The position numbers and the translations under genes were made by a program. The notes below the pieces were generated by a model that made no database searches, was not told the DNA's origin, and saw nothing but the letters and a program-made list of their open reading frames with translations. Shown one piece after another: positions 52,533 through 64,000 of a stretch of DNA of 64,000 nt. The stretch is from the human T2T-CHM13v2.0 reference genome, Homo sapiens: assembly GCF_009914755.1 (NCBI RefSeq), contig NC_060930.1. One strand, written 5' to 3'. Each line of letters opens with the position of its first letter. Positions within the stretch are counted from its first letter, which is position 1.

Positions 52533-52860
52533 CGGCTCCCCACGTCCGGAAAGATGCTACGGCCGGGGGCGGGACCTCCGAGCACGGGGAGGCCGCGGCC
52601 CGGCCACACGTGTGGAGGGTCTATCACGCATGCGTGCGCCCGCCAAGATTCCTTCCGCCGTCTTCTGGACCGGCCTCCTGCAAGTCCTAATCTCAGCCCA
52701 AATTCAGCGCTGGCTTCCATCTGGAGATCTTTGATGGGTACAAATGGTAGCTGACTTTCTTCGATCATCTCTCGAACGGGAGTTCGGTGAGCAGCAACTC
52801 GGCTCGTCCGGGAATCCAGACTTTCCGGAAGACGGACCCTCCCCCCAGTCCAGCTTAGCC
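52533..52860 (-). other. FBXO5: Probable alternative non-coding first exon of FBXO5 (translation would start at Met47 in exon 2); 5' end approximate
   Basis: Strong donor CCG|GTAAGC at 52532; an N-terminally shorter isoform is recalled. Confidence 0.6.
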
Positions 52861-53598
52861 CGCCTCTCTAGGATTTACGCGCGCGCTCCGCTCTCCCTCC
52901 TAACTCGACCCTCCCCTTGACCCACGCCTCTGCGCAGGCGCCTTGGCGGGCTGTGGCTGCGGAGTTGGCGGGTCGGCGCCTGCGCACTGGAGTCCCCCGC
53001 GATTTTTTCCTCCGGGGTGGGCGAGGAGGCTGTGCGGCCTTCCCCAGCGGCTGTAGCAGGAGACCTGCGGCTGCATCTCCCAGGGCCTTCCGGCGGGGCC
53101 GAGGGTAGGACCGAGGCACTTCTTCCTTGCAAGCGCGTTTATTTGTATTTTCAACCACACTTCAGACGCTACTGGTTTATAGGAACGTTAAGTTTACTGA
53201 GTGTGCAGCTACGCTCCCCTGGGTTTTTGTTCCTTTCCTTAAAGGGCCAGGTGTAGGAGACAGTAGTCCTGCTCCCAAAAAAAGAATAAATAGAAGTGCC
53301 CGCCCTCTTGGGCTGGACCCCCGTGGCCAAGGGAGTTTTTAGTGATGGCTGGCATGGACGTCAGTATGAAAGTGTACCGGAGTATTAGTGATGCTTAACT
53401 TTTCACAATTTGAATATGCACTTAAGTAGGGCAGTGCATTCCCTGAACTCAGCTTTATGGCTACAGCCCAGTGAAGCAACGGGATGTGAACTCCAAAACG
53501 GCGAATCCTCCTTTGCTGTTTCCCTCTGGTGCCTTTCTGCAGCCTCGGAGTGAGTTCTTGGCTGTAGTCAGTTTTCAGTACCGTTAGTGACGAGTCCG

Positions 53599-53758
53599 GT
53601 GGGGCGCGGCCAGGATTAGGATGAATCATACAAGTGCTGGGTGGATCCTGTCTTTACCTAAAATTTTGATAATTAGTTGTGGGGCGCGGCCAGGATTAGG
53701 ATGAATCATACAAGTGCTGGGTGGATCCTGTCTTTACCTAAAATTTTGATAATTAGTT
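53599..53758. repeat. Perfect 2 x 80-bp tandem duplication
   Basis: 53599-53678 is identical to 53679-53758. Confidence 0.97.
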
Positions 53759-53890
53759 CATCATGGGTTTTTTGCCTTTTTCATTTTTAAAAATGTTAAA
53801 ATAGTGTCACTCTTGATGACTTAAATTTTTTTCATCCCCGTAAACGCACCTGAGGCCTGTGCTTCCTTGCCTCACCCTAACCTGGCCCTG
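53605..53890 (-). mobile_element. MER96B-like hAT MITE
   Basis: Terminal inverted repeats GGCCAGGATTAGGATGA / TCACCCTAACCTGGCCCTG; internal AAAGACAGGATCC..GCACTTG similarity. Confidence 0.65.
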
Positions 53891-54705
53891 GGGCTAGATC
53901 CTGGAGATTCAGGGTTGAAAAGACAAAGTCCTGTCCTTTAGGGAGTTTACAGAGACCAATGGGAAAGAAGTTGACAGTGAACAATTTCAGAACACGAAAG
54001 AGGATATGAAAGAATGTAATCGGGGGTAGAGAATGCAGATTAGTATAGGTTAAGGATTTTGGATGGTCAGGACGCTTTCTGAGGCTTTGAACCCAGATGC
54101 GTTGAACTGGCAATGCAGGGCTGCATAATAAGCAGAGGGAATAATAAGCAGAGGGAATGCCTGACTACGACTTAGTGAACAAGAGAGAGAGGAGATGAGG
54201 TTAGAGAGGTAGGCAGAAGCCAGATCCTGTGGGACCTTGTAGTTTTTCCATGCAGAGTTTAGACTTTCTTCTGATTGCAGTGGTTAGCTGTTGGAAGGAT
54301 TTTGGCAAGGTAGTTATTTGTTGATAGAATATTGAAATTATAATAGCTTTTTTATGTAAAAAAAAGAATGTAAATGTTAGCCTTTCATTCTCACAATAGG
54401 TTAGCATTATTTTCAGTGTACAATGGTCGTGCTTCTCAGTGTGAGTTAATTCTCACTGTGGCTACCAAAACCACACAGCTAGTAAGCGGAGATTCGAGTG
54501 CCCGTCTGCAGGATTCAAAAAGTCCATGTCCTTTCCTCTTATGCTATGCTAGCCTATAACACTATCTGCTGGAGTCCTGGTTGGTTTTAGTACATTTCAC
54601 ATTACTTCACAGTTTGACCTTAGAGATAATTGTATTCACCTCTTCTATTTTCAGATGCTGGCATAAATACAAAATTCGAAGCAGGCAAGGTTTCTCATTA
54701 CATTA

Positions 54706-56267
<1,562 letters not shown>

Positions 56268-57329
56268 TTGTGGAAATTTTCATAGAAAAAAAGGAGTTAC
56301 TTCTATGTACCAGGATAAGGGAATAATCTGTAGGACAGGGTTTCTTAACCTCAGCACATTTTGGGCCAGATAATTGTTGTAGGATGTTTAGCAGCATCTC
56401 TTTTATTCCATCTTCCAGTTGTGGTAACTGTCTCTAAACGTTGTCAGATGTCTCCTGCGGGGGCAAAAGACCCTCTGGATGAGAACCATGGCTGTAGGGG
56501 ATGTCTTCTGAAGAAATGGGCACAAAGGAGGCCTTCTACAACATAAAGAACAAAATAAGGGAAAGGGTAAATGCAGTTGCATTTATCAGGATAATTTAAT
56601 TTGATGTGGCATGGGGGGTGGTGTATAAAGTGAGCTAATACAAAATGATGCTGGATACAGATCATGGATGTATTGTATACACAGTGGAAAGCTGGTTTTA
56701 TTTGGGAGACAATGGGAGCTTTTACATTGTTGAGCAAAGGAGTGACGAGATCAGTCTTGCTTTTTAGAAAGATTAGTTTGGCAGTTACTTATTTGTAACC
56801 AGAATTAGACAGCAAATCGGATGCAGGGGAGAAGTCAGGTGACTATTAGTCTGCGAAGTAATTCTGGACAAGAGCAGTGGTAATGGAATTGAAAAGGATT
56901 AAAAGTGTTTACCAGGTTTTAGCAATAAATCCAATGCGAGGAAGAGGAACGTAAGATGACATTTTAAATTTGAGAGTGGTAGTACCATTAAAAACTAATG
57001 AATTTTGATTAACTAGTGCTTTAGGCCCTTTGAAATTATTTTGAATTTTGGTTCTTTCTGAACAATGCACCAGATTTCTAGACAAATACTTAAGGTGTTT
57101 TTAGACATCTATTTAGTGCCTATTATAGCATGGTGTTAGCTTCCGAAGAGACAAGAATGATGAAAATACAATCTTATCCATTAGTGGCATTGTGAGAGGT
57201 CTAGCAGTAACTTGTTCATCCTATGCCCTGATCCACCCTTTCTCATTTCCTTATTAAGCACACAATACTGAGACCAGAATAAAGCAGTGCATTTACTACC
57301 TTGTGAAGAATGTTCAGGTGTTCAGGTAT

Positions 57330-57648
57330 GGTATCTTCATTTTGTGCTGCTATAACAGAATACAGGAGACTGGGTAATTTGTAAGGAACAGAAATGTATT
57401 TCTCACAGTTCTGGAGGATGGGAAGTCTAAGATCAAGGAGCTGGCACTTGTTGACTAGGGCTTTCTTGCTGTGTTCTCACATACAGAAGGCAAACTAGCA
57501 GGATGCTCCCTGAAACCTCTTTTATTATGGGCCTTCATCCCAGTCCTAAGAGAATCCCTCATGGCCTAGTGATCTCTTAAAGACCCCACCTCTTGATGCT
57601 GTCACATTGGCAACACTTGAATTTGAGGGGACACATACAAGCCATAGC
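57330..57648. mobile_element. MST/MLT1A LTR
   Basis: TGTGCTGCTATAACAGAATAC..TTCTCACAGTTCTGGAGG..AAGATCAAGG. Confidence 0.8.
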
Positions 57649-57755
57649 AAACTGAACATTTCTCCCATGCCAGATAGCACCATGTTCTTTGTCAGTAGGT
57701 GGTGGTAGAGGGGCACTGCAGGATAAAGGGGCTTCTTTCACTTCTAAGATGATAC

Positions 57756-58200
57756 TGTGACAGTTAATTTTATGTGTCAACTTGGCGGGGCCACAGGTGC
57801 CTAGCTACTGGGTCATACTTTTTTTTTTTTTTTTTTAGAGATTTAACTTTTGCTCTGATTTTCCAATTATAAGGTCAAACATTATTCTAGGTGTTTCTGT
57901 GAGGGTGTTTTATATGAGATTGACATTTAAATCAATCAGTGAACTCTGAGTAATGCAGACTGTCCTCCTCGATGTTAGTGGGCTTGATCCAGTCAGGTGA
58001 AGGTCTGAAGAGAAAAAAAGACCGTCCTCTTCCCAGAACAAGAGAATCCTCCAACAGATACCTTTGGACTGGACCTTGCACCATCAGCTTTCCTGGGTTT
58101 CCAGCCTCCTGCCTCACACTCCAGCTTTTGGACTTGTTAGACTTAATAATAACAACACAAGCCAATCCTTTTAAGGAAGTTTGTCTGGAGAATCTTGACA
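57756..58200 (+). mobile_element. MLT2 (ERVL) LTR
   Basis: TGTGA..GTTAATTTTATGTGTCAACTTGGC start; GGTCAAACATTATTCT. Confidence 0.8.
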
Positions 58201-58759
58201 AACACAAACATCTACTGAGAGTTCCTGTCCAAGTTTTGCTCACACCCTAGCAAGAGGCTTCTGGCTTACCAGTTGGGAGTGTGAGGTTCTTTGCTTGTAA
58301 GACCTGATCCACCAGCGGTACACCAGCTCTGGCCCAGGGCAAGACAGGGAATTTCCCAATCACTGAGTAGGCTGTAGCCACTCTCTCCATTAGGCCTGAC
58401 TTCACCATGGGGAAGGGGAGACCCTTTCAAGGGTATTCTTTCCTGGGGTACTCTCAGTCCTAGGACATCATAGCTCTCTTTCATCCCTCTTAAAAGTTAG
58501 TACCATTATCAGTTAACAGTTTTTTATATTAAAATTATCCCTGTTCAAGTTAATGGTATGGTTTCTGTATCCTGACTGGATATTAGGATACAGTATTTAC
58601 TGTCTTATTTCTACTACTTTATGTTTAAAGTTTTTCATAATATTTAAACTGAAGTTTTGATCATTCATTAAATATTTACACAGAACAGGACAAAGGATGA
58701 TTTTCCTTTGTCTAGTTATTGTAAGGTAGCGTCCAAGATTTACCACCACATCATGATTA

Positions 58760-59011
58760 CAGATGGTCACCAACTTATGTTTTAGGATTTTTTGACTTTA
58801 TGATGGGTTTATAGGGATGCAGCCCCATTTCAAGCTGAGGAGCTCCTTAGGGCTTAGGAATCATACCTCTTTCACACCATGGTAAAGTTGGAAAATTGTT
58901 AAGTCAAGCTGTCATTAATTAGGAGACTGCTGTGTTGCTAACGTTATATGCATTTTTAACTTATGATGGGTTTATTGGGAATTAACCACAATGTAAATCG
59001 AGGACCATCTG
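58760..59011. mobile_element. MER47-like Tigger MITE in the MTRF1L 3' UTR
   Basis: TIRs CAGATGGTC..GACCATCTG with TA TSD. Confidence 0.8.
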
Positions 59012-59198
59012 TATATTGTATGATTTTTGCTAATGCATTGAGAGAGATCTGTGTAAATTATCTATGACTTCAGAATATGCATATTACCTCCAACTGTGTT
59101 AACTCAACGTTTTTCAAGAGAGTAAGGGTACTTTCACCCTATGTGGATGTACTGTAGAATTTTTCTAAGCTACGAAAGTCTATAAATAACAAATCAAC

Positions 59199-59399
59199 TT
59201 AAACTTTTTGGGAAATAATTTCTACTAAAGATTCATAATCGGCGTATTCCTTCAATGACTGTACAAGTTCATCCAGTAGATAATCTCCTTGCATAAAAGT
59301 TTCAAGATCATGCAGCGTCTTGTTTATTCTGTGATCTGTGACCCGGTTCTGTGGAAAATTATATGTTCTTATTTTCTCTGATCTTCCTTTACTTCCAAT
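59199..59399 (-). CDS. MTRF1L: MTRF1L last coding exon
   Basis: Acceptor CAG|ATT; [32 protein letters not shown]...IISQKV*; RTYNF/RVTDHR class-1 release factor signature. Confidence 0.97.
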   Translation of the reverse strand: MGSKGRSEKIRTYNFPQNRVTDHRINKTLHDLETFMQGDYLLDELVQSLKEYADYESLVEIISQKV

Positions 59400-59844
59400 C
59401 TGTATATAGAGAAAAAGATGAGATGCAGCTAGATTCAGGGCAATTTAAACCTACAAATTTAACTTATTTGGAGACTTAAGTTCTTGATTTATAACATGAA
59501 TCAAATGCGAGAACCAGGTTTTAAACACTTAGAATCTCAAATGACATGGGAACATGATATAGAAAAAAGAACACGTGCTCTAAAATCAGATTAATATCTG
59601 AATCCTGCCTCAGCCACTTCAATGTTCTATGACCTCGGGCAACTTAGTTTCCCGATCTGCAAAATACAGTGTCTACTACACAGTGATGATGACAATAGAG
59701 CCTGGCACATAGATGGTATTCCTATAGTCGCTGAATACATATAATCTCTGTGAATTAATGCAGTCATCTTCCGTGGTAACAAGGTGGTGAGTTTCCCATA
59801 TTGAGGAATTCTTAAAAGGCTCTGTAGTTATAAAATTAAATACC

Positions 59845-60235
<391 letters not shown>

Positions 60236-60488
60236 TTAAAAATGAATGAGGACTCAGTATATATCTTTATTTTTAGTAACGGATTAAAAGTCTGAGAAAA
60301 ATACCTTTGAATATAGAAAACAGGGCAGAGATGTAAGATTACTATCAAAGAAGGATAGCCCTTAGACTACTTGAATTGTTTTCAACACAGGTTAAAACAA
60401 ATATATAAAAACCAAGTTATTTAAAAAAAGCTGAGTTATATAAAAATATTTCTATCCTTTAAAAGCATTTTTAAAATTCTTTTTTTAC

Positions 60489-60625
60489 CTGAATTTTTCT
60501 AGCATTCTGTCTTTTATTTATTTCTTCTTCTAGATGCATGCTGTACAGTTTTGCACGTAACTTTGTCATAGCCAGCTCTTTATTTTTCAGCTGAGATCTC
60601 TCTTGTTGACATTCAGAAACAACAC
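60489..60625 (-). CDS. MTRF1L: MTRF1L coding exon 6
   Basis: Acceptor TTCAG|GT, donor CAG|GTAAAA; 137 nt; [46 protein letters not shown]. Confidence 0.96.
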
Positions 60626-60820
60626 CTGAATAGTGTTACGAGAATTAAAAAGTTTTAATAAAAAAATCTTCTTTACTTATTATCAAGGAATACTTTTCCT
60701 CCTCATCCTTTTTCTTCTTCCTTTATGAGGGGAAAAAACAGAGGACTCTAATAAAAAAGGGAGAGACTATAAGCTTAACTTTTGCAGAGTTTATCAGAAA
60801 ACTGAAAATTTAAGTTTTGA

Positions 60821-61152
<332 letters not shown>

Positions 61153-62160
61153 TAGCACAAAGTATTTCTATACTGAAGGCATACATACTAAACAATAAGC
61201 ATAAATCATTTAATACAGATTGTTTCCCCTCAGCTAGCCACCATGTTTTAAAAGTAACAACTACTTATAGAAACTACGATACATGAAAAATCCTATTACC
61301 AGAGAAAATCACTTAATTTTTTTAGGCTATCCATTTTTTCCCCCAATTTTTGTTTCATATTCTGTATTACCTAAGACATCATCCAGTTTAACATAAGGAT
61401 ATTCTCATAATTTAAAAGAACAAAATCGTTAACAATCCAGTACTGGCCTCAACCACTATTAGTTAATAGGGACTATGCCCATTTGAGATCAGTCACAGTA
61501 AGAGATTCTTGTTTCCTTTCTAGATAACTGAGATTTGCTATCCCTATGCTCTTTATCACATGTGAATCACTGTGGTGATACCTGTGAAAGACGTTTAGTT
61601 CGAGCTACAGTATACTGGAGATTTCGATTTAGTCCCTTTGCCTAACTATCTAGAATCAGATCCCCTCGAAGTATGTGAATGAACTTAATGGAAAGAAGCC
61701 CCTGCAATTATATGCAAAACTGTATATGTGTTTCTGAGTAGGAGGTCCAATGCTTTCATATCATTTTTTTTTAAAGGAAGCCATGTTCCCCTCCCCTGCA
61801 AAAAGGCTCAGAACCAACAATTTAGAGCATTTTCTGATAAAGAACCCATGATAATTACTTCATTGTGAGAATTTTCTTTTTAAGTGTAAAACTCAGAACT
61901 CCACCTGAAAGGACCATCCACACCTTCTATAAATAGTAATTAATACAGACATTCCCTGAGTTTGGATCCCTCCCTCTTCCTCGCCTTGCAGTTATCCCAC
62001 AGAGTATCAGGTAAGGATTCTAAGTAAATCAAATATTTAATAACAATCCTTAGAAGTATATACTTCTCTGGTAACCGAGGATCTATTTCAGTGGAAAATT
62101 AGTCATATTATTCCAAAATTGATTTCTTTGGTGTCATATATTGAAGGAATAAGTACACAC

Positions 62161-62278
62161 CTGTTGGAAGATGAACTATCCGGACAGCACTGTCCGTGGT
62201 ATTTACATGCTGCCCCCCAGCTCCACTGGCTCGCTTAGTGTCAATTCTCAAATCTTTCGGATTAATCACCAGATTAAT
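62161..62278 (-). CDS. MTRF1L: MTRF1L coding exon 5, with catalytic GGQ motif
   Basis: Acceptor TAG|ATT, donor AG|GTGTGT; [39 protein letters not shown]. Confidence 0.97.
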
Positions 62279-63816
62279 CTATACAGAAGAAAAGTTGGGA
62301 TTTTAAAAGATTACATGTATCAACTTTATAAAGGCAAGAGCGACCCATTTATGAATATACAACATGTACAGAATTCATATATTTGGGAGGTTTAATTTTA
62401 AGACTAGAGAGTAGCTAGAAGGATACCATTTTAAAACTTTTTTGCTTTTTGGAAGAGTAGGGAATCGAAATAGTACAGGACTGTACAGTTTTGAAAAACA
62501 AATCCTTTCTAGTCCTCAAAAACCTGGCTTCCCTTTATCCATTTCTTACCACAGAAACAGCAGAACTTGATACTATTCTGCCTACTTTTAGAACTGAATG
62601 TTTAAGGTTTTTTCAAATTTTTCTGAGTTTAAAGAGCCTAGCAGCAGGAAAAAAAAATGGTAGCGTGAGAACTGTGGGAAGGGTCTGTTTTGTTTTATTT
62701 CAAACATATTTGGAGGCAAAGATGAGCCAAATGGAAATGGGAGTGGCCAAGAAGTCATGAGTCTCAATTCCTCAACACACTGGGATCTGAGGTCAAGGTA
62801 ATGCTTTGTCCTAGGAGCCACCATCAAAAGCACTGTTTCATGAACAACTAAGAACCATTCTGTGACATCTCTGCAATGCTGACAGTAAGAATCCTACCAT
62901 TCTCTGGGCCTTCTACCTCTATGTCTCCCTGTGTTGACTCCCTCTTATGGTTGCTAGAGGAATTAGATGATACATGGACCTCAGTCTCTCATCTTTTCCT
63001 GAAAACTTCCACCCCAAGATGGTTAAACATAAGTGACTAGGTTTCTAGATGTGGCTCCTGCCATTTATTCTACTTTACTCTCTCCCTTAACTGCTTAGTT
63101 TCTCACCTATGCTTCACACAAAAATTAGATCTAAAGAAACTAAGACCTAAAGAAAGGAACTCCATTAAACCTATTACAGAGCCAAATAGCACTTTTTCCC
63201 AAAATTAGCATAGGAACCACTAAGAGTTCCTTCTCAAAGCATTCACACTTCATTCTGAAAAACAAGTCAGATATCTGCTATCACTTTTCAGTAGAAGGGA
63301 AATGAGGCAAAACAGAACTCCTACACTAAGTTATCTTAAAAATATAGACTGAGAATTTGCTTTGTGAGAATAAAGTATACTCATTATGAACAGTATAACA
63401 ATATACTTTCATTTTAATGTAACTGGGTTATGAAGCAGCAATTCTGTTAAGTAATTACCTTTGTTAAATAGGATTGTTGCTGTTAATACCCCACAAACCA
63501 GTCACACAAGGCAGAAGTCATTATAAAGGCAACCAGTCCATATTTAAATAGGTTATTATTTCACCCACAGAGATGATCTCACAATAACTACTTATTAGGA
63601 AAATACTAATACACAGACAATGCAACATTGTATCATTTACAAATCCTTAATTTTTTAGCATTATAAAATTATATTTTTTAGACTGAGATAATATGCAACT
63701 CAAAATACACAAGGAAGACCAAATAGATACTCAATTCAGTAAACTCTGAATGTTAACTCTGGGGACAAGGCACTGTGCTAGGCCCGGGATTCCAAGGAGA
63801 GGGGCTTATGCCTTAC

Positions 63817-63980
63817 CTCAGTAGGCTGGGGTAATATTGCTACAGTCATGGTGCTAGTATGGACGCGGCCTTGCTTTTCTGTCTTTGGCACTCTTTGTAC
63901 TCTGTGAACACCTCCTTCAAATTTCATGTGCCTATAGGCTTCTGAACCCCCAATGCTGGCAGATGCATGTCTAAGGCCAC
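63817..63980 (-). CDS. MTRF1L: MTRF1L (mtRF1a) coding exon 4, with PKT stop-codon recognition motif
   Basis: Acceptor TTTCAAG|GT, donor GAG|GTAAGG; [55 protein letters not shown]; exon number from recall, gene continues beyond the window. Confidence 0.96.
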
Positions 63981-64000
63981 CTTGAAAATACAGGGAAATA

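Larger units (their letters stand above)
51500..53150. promoter_or_regulatory. CpG island spanning the FBXO5 promoter, exon 1 and start of intron 1
   Basis: Very high GC and CpG density against AT-rich flanks. Confidence 0.93.
56675..59198 (-). other. MTRF1L: MTRF1L 3' UTR (long form), mostly transposon-derived; end uncertain
   Basis: Minus-strand AATAAA candidates at 58971-58976, 57521-57526 and 56697-56702. Confidence 0.6.

Noticed and set aside
51314-53342. Many long overlapping ORFs (up to 257 aa) on both strands
   Set aside because: Expected from stop-codon scarcity in a CpG island; only FBXO5 exon 1 is supported
53599-53758. Direct repeats as a CRISPR-like array
   Set aside because: Only two adjacent copies, no spacers, eukaryotic context

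Overview
Human (or near-identical great-ape) genomic DNA from the FBXO5-MTRF1L locus (6q25.2 from recall). The minus strand carries the complete 5-exon FBXO5/EMI1 gene (CDS 52258 to 40457, 447 aa, all GT-AG junctions and frame checked by hand) with its CpG-island cell-cycle promoter. It also carries the last four coding exons and the 3' UTR of MTRF1L/mtRF1a (PKT and GGQ motifs), which the ORF track missed. Bases 1-39,700 are intergenic and repeat-rich (about 20 Alus, old L1M, a 3.2 kb L1PA, MaLR/ERV1 LTRs, DNA transposons) and contain a processed pseudogene of C11orf98. I found no new protein-coding system. The most interesting observations are: an inverted AluS/AluY pair bracketing MTRF1L exon 6, whose skipping gives an NMD-immune truncated release factor; a perfect 80-bp tandem duplication upstream of the FBXO5 promoter; a tailless U5 snRNA 5'-fragment retro-insertion with a 12-bp TSD; a CpG-retaining C11orf98 retrocopy nested in an LTR; a microhomology deletion scar through an LTR12/L1PA/L1M stack; and a tiny orphan poly(A)-tailed insertion in the MTRF1L 3' region. 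Repeat subfamily names come from remembered consensus sequences, and repeat boundaries are approximate unless a TSD is given.
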